64,000 nt of DNA from assembly GCA_035574275.1 (NCBI GenBank), contig DATLYY010000064.1, positions 6,516 through 70,515 of the forward strand, given 5' to 3'. This document shows positions 47,253 through 56,304 of the stretch, in pieces. Position 1 is the stretch's first letter, and each line of letters starts with the position of its first letter. Origin of the DNA: Verrucomicrobiia bacterium (GTDB taxonomy: Bacteria > Zixibacteria > MSB-5A5 > DSPP01). Position numbers and translations under genes: made by a program. A model generated the notes under the pieces. That model was not told the origin of the DNA and made no database searches. It was given only the letters and a program-made list of their open reading frames with translations.

Positions 47253-47307
47253 CGACTGAATTAGTCGGTAATTTAATAATGACTACGACTATTTTAGTCG
47301 GTATTTT
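47253..47307. promoter_or_regulatory. Two copies of the inverted repeat CGACT-N5-AGTCG followed by GTA, spaced 33 bp apart (candidate operator pair)
   Basis: The copies are CGACTGAATTAGTCGGTA (47253-47270) and CGACTATTTTAGTCGGTA (47286-47303). They lie in the AT-rich region upstream of the iron-uptake locus. Confidence 0.4.
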
Positions 47308-47327
47308 TGGTATCGATTTTTCTGATC

Positions 47328-47921
47328 TTAACGAATCTTAATCAAGTTTTGGTACTTTTTCCAAATCGGCAACCAATCCTCCTTGAAAACTGCAATCAGG
47401 ATTTCATCGTGATATTTTCCGTTGCGGAAAATCTGTTTTTTGCGGACGCCCTCGACTTTGTAGCCGCATTTCAGGTTGTATTGCAAACTACGTTTGTTGA
47501 AAGCGTACACGGACGAATTAATTTTCCGGAGGTTCAAGGTGTTAAAGGCGTAGTTCAACAAGGTCATTTTGGCGTCCGTGCCGTACCCTTTTCCCCAGTA
47601 TTTCTTTTCTCCAATCAAAGCGCCGGTCGAAGCCGTCCGGTCTTTGGCATTGATGTGAACGAGCGCCATATTGCCAATCAGCTTTCCGTCCAGGGTTTCT
47701 ATCCCCAGAATGATTTCGTTTGGATTGTTGGCCATCCGGTCAAACCATTCCTCCTCCTTTTTTTCAGTAACGGGAAAATAAACGAGCAGATACTGGTTCA
47801 CCTCCGGGTCGTTTATCCAGCGCAGGCAAAGTTCGAAATCGGTTGCCTTCCGCAAGGGGCGGAGGATGGTCTTTTTCCCCTTCAAGAACACAAGTTTTGG
47901 TCTGTTGGTGGTTTTCCGCAT
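47328..47921 (-). CDS. GNAT family N-acetyltransferase (RimJ/RimL-like)
   Basis: Contains LRPLRKATDFELCLRWINDPEV...IGNMALVHI...GALIGEKKYWGKGYGTDA...N.RSL. I chose ATG 47921. The upstream 212 codons of the track ORF are antisense to mlaE. Confidence 0.75.
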   Translation of the reverse strand: MRKTTNRPKLVFLKGKKTILRPLRKATDFELCLRWINDPEVNQYLLVYFPVTEKKEEEWFDRMANNPNEIILGIETLDGKLIGNMALVHINAKDRTASTGALIGEKKYWGKGYGTDAKMTLLNYAFNTLNLRKINSSVYAFNKRSLQYNLKCGYKVEGVRKKQIFRNGKYHDEILIAVFKEDWLPIWKKYQNLIKIR

Positions 47922-48023
47922 TTGATTTCCAATTAGAGCCAAAGCATAAAAAGAAGCAAGAGGTCCGATTTCCCCTCTTTTCTTATTGCCAGCCAGAGTT
48001 GAAGCCGTTAATTTGACCGTTCG

Positions 48024-48809
48024 ATGCCTTCCTTTGCCGTGGCCGCCAACGAGCGGCTGAAAAAGATGGTTTTTGAGGCGCAGGGGATAACCGCCTTCGC
48101 CGGAAAGGTTCTTTCCAAGCTGTTTACGCCCCCTTTTTACTGGCGGGATTTGTACGAACAGATTCATTTTCTGGGGATCGGGTCGGTCTATCTTTGCATT
48201 TTCACCGGTGTTTTTGCCGGGCAGGCAATGGCTCTGCAATTTTCCAAGGAGATGGCGGAATTCGGGGCCAAGGATTACATGGGACGGATCGTCACTTTGG
48301 CCAACGTGCGGGCCTTGGGGCCGGTTTTGACCGGGCTGATGGTGGCGGCAAGGGTTTCCTCCGGCATCGCCGCCGAAATCGGTGCGATGAAGGCCTCCAA
48401 CCAGCTGGATGCTTTGGTCTCCTTCGGCACCGATCCCGTCAAGAAGCTGGCCGTGCCGCGGCTTTGGGCCCTTTTTTTGATGATGCCGATTCTGACTATT
48501 CTTACCGACACCATCGCCATAATCGGCGGCTGGATTGTTTCCCATTTCATCGTGCATGTTTCCGATGCTTTGTACTGGACGAACGTGAAGCAGAAGCTGA
48601 CCTACGGCAATCTATTGGTGGGAATGACCAAGCCGTTCGTTTTCGGCATCATCATCGCCATCGTCGGCTGCTATAAAGGTTTTTCGTCCGAAGGGGGAAC
48701 GCGGGGGGTCGGGCAGGCCACGCGCGAGGCCGTAGTGATTTCCTCGATTACGATTCTGGTGGCGGAGTTTATGATGACCAAAGGGCTTTTCGCCATTTTG
48801 GGTTGGTGA
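48024..48809 (+). CDS. mlaE: MlaE-type ABC transporter permease
   Basis: Contains GPVLTGLMVAARVSSGIAAEIGAMKASNQLDAL. Confidence 0.8.
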   Translation: MPSFAVAANERLKKMVFEAQGITAFAGKVLSKLFTPPFYWRDLYEQIHFLGIGSVYLCIFTGVFAGQAMALQFSKEMAEFGAKDYMGRIVTLANVRALGPVLTGLMVAARVSSGIAAEIGAMKASNQLDALVSFGTDPVKKLAVPRLWALFLMMPILTILTDTIAIIGGWIVSHFIVHVSDALYWTNVKQKLTYGNLLVGMTKPFVFGIIIAIVGCYKGFSSEGGTRGVGQATREAVVISSITILVAEFMMTKGLFAILGW

Positions 48810-48901
48810 TGAGGGCTGGCCGCAAAGCATAGGGTGCAACCGAGAGAAGTCGATATTTATAATGCAGGCCCGGTCTTCGTTCCGGACGGGCACAGGAGAA
48901 A

Positions 48902-49678
48902 ATGATCACGCTGAAAAATATCAATTTGTCGTTGGGGGGGCGGCTCATCCTGAAGAACATCAATTTTTCCGTGGCGAAAGGGGAAACGAAGGTTATTTTA
49001 GGCCCTTCCGGCTCCGGAAAGTCCTCGATTCTAAAGATTATACTGGGGCTCTGGCGGCCGGATTCGGGACGGGTAGTCATCGACGGCAAGGAGATGTCCG
49101 GCGCGACAAACGAAGAATGGGACGAAGCGCGGTACCATATTGGAATGATTTTTCAGGAAGGGGCGCTTTTCGATTCGCTTACCGTGGGGGAAAACGTCGG
49201 CTATTGGCTTTTTGAGCACACCAAAATGTCGGAAGAGGAGATTGAAGTGCGGGTGCGGCGGGCCTTGAGCGAGGTCGGTCTCGACCCGGAAATCATCGAC
49301 CGGATGCCGGACGAGCTTTCGGGCGGAATGCGTCGGCGGGTGGCCATCGCAAGAGCTTTGGCTTCGCTCGAACCGAAAATTATGCTTTACGATGAACCGA
49401 CCACCGGGCTGGACCCTTTGGCTGTTGATACCATTTTGGACCAGATCAATTCCCTACAGCAGCGCAAGGAGGTCACCTCGCTGGTGGTTACGCATGACAT
49501 CTCGGATGCTTTGAAGGTATCCGACCGTTTTATAATGATTGCCGACGGTGAGTTGATTTTTGAAGGAAACTCAAAGGAGTTACGGGATTCCGACCATCCC
49601 TTCGTTGCCGGCTTTCTGGCGCCATTCAAAAACACACTTTCGCGTGCTTTGGCCTCCTTTGGGGTGGAGAACGGATGA
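48902..49678 (+). CDS. mlaF: MlaF-type ABC transporter ATP-binding protein
   Basis: Contains Walker A GPSGSGKSS, the signature LSGGMRRRVAIARAL and Walker B MLYDEPT. Confidence 0.85.
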   Translation: MITLKNINLSLGGRLILKNINFSVAKGETKVILGPSGSGKSSILKIILGLWRPDSGRVVIDGKEMSGATNEEWDEARYHIGMIFQEGALFDSLTVGENVGYWLFEHTKMSEEEIEVRVRRALSEVGLDPEIIDRMPDELSGGMRRRVAIARALASLEPKIMLYDEPTTGLDPLAVDTILDQINSLQQRKEVTSLVVTHDISDALKVSDRFIMIADGELIFEGNSKELRDSDHPFVAGFLAPFKNTLSRALASFGVENG

Positions 49679-50550
49679 AGCGGACTGGAGATATTCGCTG
49701 GGGGAGTTTGAAGCTTGGAATCGTGGCGCTTGTCGCCATCGGGCTTCTGCTTTGGGCTTCGCTGATGGGCGGGGGAAGCTCGCTTCTGCGCCCCAAGAAC
49801 ACCGTCAAAACCTGGTTTCCCGCCCTGTCCGGTTTGGTTGTCGGCTCGCCGGTCTGGATAAACGGGGTGGAGGTGGGGCAGGTCTCCGATATCGGGCTGG
49901 ATAAACTGGTTTCCGAGGGGAGAATCGAGGTCTCAATGGCGATAAACCGAAAATACTGGAATTTGCTGCGGCAGGACAGCAAGGCCCGGCTGGGAACGGT
50001 CGGTCTCCTGGGAGATAAGTACGTGGAAATTATCGCCGGCACAGCCGGTTCGCCGGAGCTGAAATCAGAGGATTTCATTTTGGGGGAGCGTCCCGTCGAT
50101 TTGGCCTCCACCCTTTCCTCCACACCGGAGCTTTTGAAAAACGCCGACCGGCTTTTGGTTCGCTTGACCGCCATCGCGGATCAGATTGACGCCGGGCGGG
50201 GAAGCGTCGGAAAACTTTTCCGGGACGACCGGTTTTATGTGGAAAGCCGGGATGCGATGGCGCGAGTGAAGGAGCTTTCCGGCAGCTTGAACGAAACGCA
50301 GAAAAAAGTGGGAGACCGGCTGGTCTCCCTGGCGGCCAACTTGGACAGTCTGGCTTCAGCCATGAAGGGGACGGTGGAAAAGATGGATACTTTCTTTACC
50401 CGCGTGGAAGAAGGGGAGGGGAGCTTGGGGCTTTTGACGTCAGATGACAAGCTTTACCGCGAGGCGCAAGAGACCCTGACTGAAATGAAGCGGCTTTTGG
50501 CGGACATCCAAAAAAATCCGAAAAAGTACGTCAAACTAAGTATATTCTGA
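49675..50550 (+). CDS. mlaD: MlaD/MCE-domain protein
   Basis: An N-terminal TM is followed by the MCE pattern GSPVWINGVEVGQV...LLGDKYVEI. It overlaps the mlaF stop. Confidence 0.75.
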   Translation: MKRTGDIRWGSLKLGIVALVAIGLLLWASLMGGGSSLLRPKNTVKTWFPALSGLVVGSPVWINGVEVGQVSDIGLDKLVSEGRIEVSMAINRKYWNLLRQDSKARLGTVGLLGDKYVEIIAGTAGSPELKSEDFILGERPVDLASTLSSTPELLKNADRLLVRLTAIADQIDAGRGSVGKLFRDDRFYVESRDAMARVKELSGSLNETQKKVGDRLVSLAANLDSLASAMKGTVEKMDTFFTRVEEGEGSLGLLTSDDKLYREAQETLTEMKRLLADIQKNPKKYVKLSIF

Positions 50551-50556
50551 CCGGTT

Positions 50557-51741
50557 ATGCTGGGACTGGTTAAAACCAAACCGAACGGCTCCAAACCCTG
50601 GCCGAAGGGACTGCGGTTGGAGGAGCGTCCTTCCCCCAATTTGCTGGAACCAGACGAAGTCAAAATCGAGGTTCTGGCGGCGGGCATCTGCGGCACCGAC
50701 GTCGGGATTTATAACAACAAGGACTCCATTCGCACGGAGATGCGCCGGGCTTTTGTAGATCCGGTCATCGTCGGCCATGAATTCGCCGGGCGAGTGGTGG
50801 ACGCGGGATCCAAAGCCATCGAGTTTCTTTTGGCCTTCCCAGAGTTTAGGAATTTTACGTCAGACAAGATTCTTTCTAAACTGACTTCCGATTATTTTGC
50901 CTCGGCGGAGATGCACATCCCCTGCAACCGTTGCCGGACCTGCCGGATGGGGCAACAGCACGCTTGTCCGAATACAATCATCAAGGGGATTCACCAAAAC
51001 GGGGCGTTCACCAACTTTTTAACCGTACCGGTGGCCAATTTGCAGCTTTTTTCCAAAAAGGAGATTCCGATTGAAATCATCGCCTTTATGGATGCTTTGG
51101 GGAACGCCGTGCATACGGCCCAGGAAGAACCGCTGATGGGGAAAAGTGTGGCCGTTTTGGGCTGCGGAGTACAAGGACTGATGGCCACGGCCGTGGCGCG
51201 GCACTCCGGCGCTTCCACCATTTTCGTTACGGACGTTTCCAACCCGGAGAAGGGGTTGACTCCGGAAAAAGTGGAGAAGCGGCGGTTTGCCATGGCGCGT
51301 AAGTTCGGCGCCAATTTTACGTTTGATTTGGGACTGAAAGACGGACGCAAGGAAATGCTGGGAACCGTAATGCAGGAAACGGGAAGGGACGGCGTCGATC
51401 TGGTTTTTGAAATGTCCGGCAGCTATAAGGCGTATGCGGATGCCTTCGATTTGGTGCGGGCTGGCGGCACCGTGCTCCTTTTGGGGATTCCGGAAGGGGA
51501 GGTCAATTTGAACTTTTCCGACCGGGTGATTTTCCGCGGCGTTGTGGTCAAGGGAATCATCGGACGTAGGATGTTTGAGTCCTGGGAGACGATGAAGGAT
51601 TTGCTTAAAACCGGGCTGGCGGACTTGTTCGTGAAATCCGGTTTCGTTTCCCATCAATTGCCCCTCTCCCGTTTTGAAGAAGGGTTTGCGGCGATGCGCT
51701 CGGGGGAGGCGTTTAAAGTTTTACTCCTGCCAGAAAAATAA
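50557..51741 (+). CDS. tdh: L-threonine 3-dehydrogenase (Zn-dependent MDR family)
   Basis: Contains GICGTDVGIY and GHEFAG, and it is adjacent to kbl. Confidence 0.75.
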   Translation: MLGLVKTKPNGSKPWPKGLRLEERPSPNLLEPDEVKIEVLAAGICGTDVGIYNNKDSIRTEMRRAFVDPVIVGHEFAGRVVDAGSKAIEFLLAFPEFRNFTSDKILSKLTSDYFASAEMHIPCNRCRTCRMGQQHACPNTIIKGIHQNGAFTNFLTVPVANLQLFSKKEIPIEIIAFMDALGNAVHTAQEEPLMGKSVAVLGCGVQGLMATAVARHSGASTIFVTDVSNPEKGLTPEKVEKRRFAMARKFGANFTFDLGLKDGRKEMLGTVMQETGRDGVDLVFEMSGSYKAYADAFDLVRAGGTVLLLGIPEGEVNLNFSDRVIFRGVVVKGIIGRRMFESWETMKDLLKTGLADLFVKSGFVSHQLPLSRFEEGFAAMRSGEAFKVLLLPEK

Positions 51742-51759
51742 AACACCACCAGGCCGGGT

Positions 51760-53007
51760 TTGAAACCCTTCTCTATAAAAAACATAGAAGTGATATCCCA
51801 ATTAGACAAAATCGAAAAAGCCCTGGCGGATCTGCAGGCGGCCAAGACCTTCAAGTACGAAACGATTTTGGAAAGCGCACAGGGAGCCAGGGTCAAAGTG
51901 AGGGGGCGGGACATCATTATGCTGGCTTCCAACAATTATCTTGGTTTGGCTTCTCATCCGAAGATCCGAGAGGCCGCCATCCGCGGCATTCAGGAATACG
52001 GGTTTGGGATGTCTTCGGTCCGCTTCATCTGCGGCACGCAGGTTCTGCATCGCAAGCTGGAGGAAAAAATTGCCGCCTTTTGCGGGACGGAAGATGCCAT
52101 TCTTTATTTGTCCTGCTTTTCGGCCAACGAGGGATTTTTTGCCGGGCTTTTTTCCGATAAATTGGGCTACGACGCCTACAAAGACGTCATTTACTCCGAC
52201 CGGTTGAACCACGCTTCCATCATTGACGGCAACCGGCTGACCAAGCCAGAGACCACCGACCGGAAGATTTACGCCCACGGAGACGCCGAAGATTTGGCGC
52301 GCCAGTTGGAAGCGGACAAAAACCAGCCGTACCGCTTTCGCGTGGTGGCCACGGACGGTGTTTTCAGCATGGAAGGGGATTTGGCCCCTCTCCCGCGGCT
52401 GGTGGAGCTTTGCAACAAGTATCAAGCCATCTTGATGGTGGATGATTCCCACGCCATGGGGGTCATCGGCAAAACGGGCAAAGGGACGGCGGAGGAATTG
52501 GGTGTCTGGGGAAAAGTAGACGTTTTAACCGGCACGTTGGGCAAGGCCTTGGGCGGCGCGGCGGGCGGCTTTATCGCCTCTAAAAAATCATTGATTGAGT
52601 TTTTGCGCCAGAGTTCCCGCCCCTACATTTTCTCCAATTCGCTGCCGCCGCCGATACTGGCGGCCTCGCTGGAGGCATTTAACATTTTAGAATCCGATTA
52701 TTCCCTCGTGGAAAAACTGCACGCCAACACGGCTTATTTCCGCCGGGAAATCGTCAATCTGGGGTTCAAAATCATTCCCGGCACTCATCCCATCGTCCCC
52801 GTGATGTTAGGGGAAGCGGCCCTGGCGCAGGATGCCTCCGCCGAGCTATTGAAGGAAGGAGTGTACGTCAAGGGTCTTTGGTATCCGGTCGTGCCGAAAG
52901 GAGAAGCGCGTTTGCGGGTGCAAATCTCCGCCGCCCTCGACAAGCAGGATTTGGACGAGGCGTTGGCGGCGTTTAAAACGGTGGGGAAGCGGCTGAAAAT
53001 TATCTGA
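51760..53007 (+). CDS. kbl: Glycine C-acetyltransferase (2-amino-3-ketobutyrate CoA ligase)
   Basis: Contains NNYLGLASHP, DDSHAMG and the PLP lysine context TGTLGKALGG. The TTG start is uncertain. Confidence 0.85.
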   Translation: MKPFSIKNIEVISQLDKIEKALADLQAAKTFKYETILESAQGARVKVRGRDIIMLASNNYLGLASHPKIREAAIRGIQEYGFGMSSVRFICGTQVLHRKLEEKIAAFCGTEDAILYLSCFSANEGFFAGLFSDKLGYDAYKDVIYSDRLNHASIIDGNRLTKPETTDRKIYAHGDAEDLARQLEADKNQPYRFRVVATDGVFSMEGDLAPLPRLVELCNKYQAILMVDDSHAMGVIGKTGKGTAEELGVWGKVDVLTGTLGKALGGAAGGFIASKKSLIEFLRQSSRPYIFSNSLPPPILAASLEAFNILESDYSLVEKLHANTAYFRREIVNLGFKIIPGTHPIVPVMLGEAALAQDASAELLKEGVYVKGLWYPVVPKGEARLRVQISAALDKQDLDEALAAFKTVGKRLKII

Positions 53008-53034
53008 ACTTTACAAGTTAGAGCAACCGGATTT

Positions 53035-53059
53035 GAAAAGCCGCCTCCGGGCGGCTTTT
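53035..53059 (+). terminator. Rho-independent terminator after kbl (AAAAGCCGCC-tccg-GGCGGCTTTTT)
   Basis: A GC-rich 6-bp core stem (10 bp counting flanking A-T pairs), a 4-nt loop and a T5 tract. Confidence 0.7.
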
Positions 53060-53220
53060 TGCTGGCTTATGGTCACCCGGGACTTGATTTATATCATGTT
53101 TTTGCCCAGATTTTCCTGACCTTAATCATACCTACAAACAGCGTCAGTGGACATATTGAGTACGCTGATGGCGGCCCGACGGAAAGGGCCGACAGCACGG
53201 AAAACTTAGGGAAAGGTTGG

Positions 53221-55422
53221 ATGGCCATGCGCGCACAGAACAAGATTTTGGGGACGGTTTTGTTTTTGCTTTTGAGCGTTTGCCCGGTTTGGGCCCAGGA
53301 AGAAGCGTCCGAACCGGCGCAGAAGGATACCCTCGGCGGTGACGGGCTGCCGGTTTATCAAATGGACGAGCTGATTGTCACCGCCAACCGCTATGAGCGG
53401 GCGGCGTTTGAAGTGCCGTATTCCGTTTCGGTTTTCTCGGAACAGAAAGTTTGGAGTTCCGGGGCTTTCACCTTGAGCGGCGCGATGAAGGGACTTTCGG
53501 GCGTGGATATCTCTGATGCGGGGCCGTTCCGTGCCCGCCCGGTCGTGCGGGGGCTGGCGGGGAGCCGGGTTTTGGTTTTGGTGGACGGTCAGCGGCTGAA
53601 CGACACACGGGAAAACACCTTTTCCGGCGCGGAGCTGTCTTTGGTGTCACCCGCTACCGTGCAGCAAGTGGAGGTTCTGCGCGGATCGAACTCGGTTTTG
53701 TTCGGCTCCAACGCCATGGGGGGGGTGGTCAACATCCTGACCAAAAAGCCGGCAATTCCGGTCGGAACGTGGAAACTTTCCGGCGATTTCTCCAGCCGCT
53801 ACAGCACGAACGACCAGCAGCGCGCAGGCCGGCTGGGTTTGAATTTGGCCAACCACCGCTGGCGCGTGAAGGCGGGGGCGGATTACCGCCGGGCCAACAA
53901 CTACCACGGGCCGGGGAGCGGCGTTTTTGACTGGGGACGGGAGGTGGCGAATTCCAATTTAAAACGGGCGGTCGGGCTGGATTTGGCCGGCGATTATCAA
54001 CTGGCGGAAAAACATACCCTCTCCCTTGCCGCGCAAAGCTCGCTCAACTCCGGCATTGGGTTCCCGGAAACCCCCAATCCGACGTTTCCGGTGGGAATCT
54101 TTTTCCCCTACCACGACCGTTCCAAAATCGCCTTGAGCTACGAGGGAAAACAATTGACCTCCAAGATTGCGAGCTTCAAGGCGAGCGTGTACGGCCAGAA
54201 AAACAAAAAGGATTTGCGGACGGTCTTTTCGGCCGCCTTTCCGAACACGCCGTTTCCCGGCTCGACTTTGCGCATCAACGATACCAGCCACACCTACACC
54301 ACGGTTTTGACGGCCGGAACGAATTTGCAACAGGTATTAAGCTTATCGGGGAATCAGACCTTGACCTACGGGCTGGATTATTACCGGGAGATGATCGACG
54401 GGTTCACCCGCACCTTTTCCCATTCCTCCTCGCTGGTCTTCCAGAGCGATAAAATCACCCAGAGCGCGGCGGTGCCGGAAAATCATATGGATGCTTTGGG
54501 GCTTTTTGCCCAAAACGACATTCGTCCTTTCCGGCGGCTCTCCTTCCAATTGGGAACGCGCTTTGACTGGTACCGGCAGGCGGCGGAGAAAACGGAGGGG
54601 TACAACGACGTGCGCACCGGGCAGCCGTTGGAGCCGAAATCGGACATTTTGACCGCCCTTTCCGGCTCGGCGGGGTTTCAATATCAGTTGCTCGAGGGAC
54701 TTCGCTTAGGCGGTAACGTCGGCAGCGGGTTTAGAGTTCCCAATCTGGTGGAGAAATTTTTCTCCGGCACGCAGGATCAGCAAATCATCACCCCCAATCT
54801 TGATTTGGCGGCGGAGAAAAACGTTTCGGTGGATGCCGGCGTGAAATTCCGCTTCGCCCGCTTTTCGGGCGGAGTCACCGCCTTTTTGAACCAGCTGCGG
54901 GACTACATCGAGCTGCGGGCCACCGGCGATTCGGTCACGGTTTCCGGCCGGCGGCAGGCGGTCTGGAACTACGAGAACACAAGCCGGGTGCGCTTTGCCG
55001 GCATCGAAGGGGAATTCGAAGCCCATCTGCCGCAGGGGTTCACCAGCTTTTTGAACAGCTCCTACCAGAGCGGCGACAATCTCTCCGCCCACCGCGCCAT
55101 TTACGTGGCGCCGGCCAAAATCGTGATTGGCCTGGGGTGGAAAGAGGGGCGCGGGCGCTTTGATGCGGAACTTTCCAACCGTTACGTGTTCGAGCAGAAC
55201 CGGATTGATCCGGATCCCTCGTCCACCTTGCAATTGCCGACGCCGGCCTTCAACGTGGTGAACTTCCGCGCCGGCTACCACTGGCGGGTCTGGACGCTTA
55301 CGGCCAACATCAACAATTTGACCAACCAGACCTACCGGGAGCCGTTGAACGCCGCCTCGCCGTACAACCCGATTCTGGAGCCGGGGCGGAATTTCATCCT
55401 CGGGCTCTCGACCAAGTTTTAG
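53221..55422 (+). CDS. TonB-dependent outer-membrane receptor
   Basis: A signal peptide is present. The TonB-box-like segment is DELIVTANR. The plug reads RGLAGSRVLVLVDGQRLND...VEVLRG. The barrel ends LGLSTKF. Confidence 0.85.
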   Translation: MAMRAQNKILGTVLFLLLSVCPVWAQEEASEPAQKDTLGGDGLPVYQMDELIVTANRYERAAFEVPYSVSVFSEQKVWSSGAFTLSGAMKGLSGVDISDAGPFRARPVVRGLAGSRVLVLVDGQRLNDTRENTFSGAELSLVSPATVQQVEVLRGSNSVLFGSNAMGGVVNILTKKPAIPVGTWKLSGDFSSRYSTNDQQRAGRLGLNLANHRWRVKAGADYRRANNYHGPGSGVFDWGREVANSNLKRAVGLDLAGDYQLAEKHTLSLAAQSSLNSGIGFPETPNPTFPVGIFFPYHDRSKIALSYEGKQLTSKIASFKASVYGQKNKKDLRTVFSAAFPNTPFPGSTLRINDTSHTYTTVLTAGTNLQQVLSLSGNQTLTYGLDYYREMIDGFTRTFSHSSSLVFQSDKITQSAAVPENHMDALGLFAQNDIRPFRRLSFQLGTRFDWYRQAAEKTEGYNDVRTGQPLEPKSDILTALSGSAGFQYQLLEGLRLGGNVGSGFRVPNLVEKFFSGTQDQQIITPNLDLAAEKNVSVDAGVKFRFARFSGGVTAFLNQLRDYIELRATGDSVTVSGRRQAVWNYENTSRVRFAGIEGEFEAHLPQGFTSFLNSSYQSGDNLSAHRAIYVAPAKIVIGLGWKEGRGRFDAELSNRYVFEQNRIDPDPSSTLQLPTPAFNVVNFRAGYHWRVWTLTANINNLTNQTYREPLNAASPYNPILEPGRNFILGLSTKF

Positions 55423-55444
55423 TGCGGAACGAGTGGAGGAAGCG

Positions 55445-56188
55445 ATGAACGTGGTGTTGTATTTACCGATTCTGACCACCCTTTTTGCGGCCTACTTTTC
55501 CCACCGGATTTTTAGGCATTACCGGGAGCGGAGAAGCGGGCCGCATCTTTTGTGGTGGACCTTCGGCGTGGCGGCCTACGGCCTGGGAACGCTTCTTGAA
55601 AGTTTGGTCACCCTTTTCGGCTGGCAGCCGGTTCTGTTTCGGATGTGGTACATCTCCGGCGCGCTTTTGGGAGGGGTGCCCCTGGCGCAGGGGACGGTGT
55701 ATTTGCTCTTGAAGCGCAAGACCGCCAATATTCTTTCCTCCGTTCTGGTTCCTTATCTCGTTTTTGCGGCCGCCTGCGTGCTTTTGGCGCCTTTGAAGGA
55801 AGAACCATATGGCAGCCGGATTTTGACCGGCCGTATCATCGGTTCGCCAGATGGAAGCTGGACGTGGGTCCGGCTTTTGAGCCCTCTCATCAACACCTAC
55901 GCCGTGATTTTTCTTGTCGGCGGTGCCTTTCTGTCCGCTTACCGTTACAGCAAAAGTCCCGAGACCCGCCACCGTTTTTATGGCAATCTCCTGATCGCCG
56001 TCGGTGCCATCCTGCCCGGCATCGGCGGAAGTTTTTCCCGGATGGGTTACACCGAGGTGCTCTATGTCACCGAGTTTATCGGCCTGCTTCTGATTTACCG
56101 CGGATACCGGCTGTGCGTGCGGGTGCCAGCGGAAGCACAAACCCGCTCTCTCCATCCGGCTGTCTCCGCCAGCCGTCCGGCTTCGTAA
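55445..56188 (+). CDS. Polytopic membrane protein (hypothetical)
   Basis: ATG 55445 has GGAGG 6 nt upstream. There are about 6-7 hydrophobic helices. Confidence 0.5.
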   Translation: MNVVLYLPILTTLFAAYFSHRIFRHYRERRSGPHLLWWTFGVAAYGLGTLLESLVTLFGWQPVLFRMWYISGALLGGVPLAQGTVYLLLKRKTANILSSVLVPYLVFAAACVLLAPLKEEPYGSRILTGRIIGSPDGSWTWVRLLSPLINTYAVIFLVGGAFLSAYRYSKSPETRHRFYGNLLIAVGAILPGIGGSFSRMGYTEVLYVTEFIGLLLIYRGYRLCVRVPAEAQTRSLHPAVSASRPAS

Positions 56189-56225
56189 ATTTGCGAGCTT
56201 TTTCCGGAGGGCGCCCTTTCTTTTC

Positions 56226-56253
56226 TTGACAAAAGTTTTGTTTTGGATAAGTT
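56226..56253 (+). promoter_or_regulatory. Sigma70-like promoter upstream of metK (TTGACA-16-TAAGTT)
   Basis: Read from the sequence. It leaves a leader of roughly 45-50 nt. Confidence 0.4.
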
Positions 56254-56304
56254 AGCCCATTCGCATCGTTTGCAGCGGTATTCCAAGCGAAGCCAAAAGC
56301 CATT

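Noticed and set aside
47922-48557. N-terminal 212 codons of track ORF 47328..48557 (-).
   Set aside because: This part is antisense to mlaE and low complexity. The GNAT domain starts at ATG 47921.
53060-53220. Cobalamin or other riboswitch upstream of the TonB-dependent receptor.
   Set aside because: There is no B12-box-like sequence. Only one short hairpin (CGGCCC-N8-GGGCCG) is present.
56189-56304. SAM-I (S-box) or SAH riboswitch ahead of metK-ahcY.
   Set aside because: The leader is far too short for SAM-I, and the conserved SAM-I and SAH core sequences are absent.
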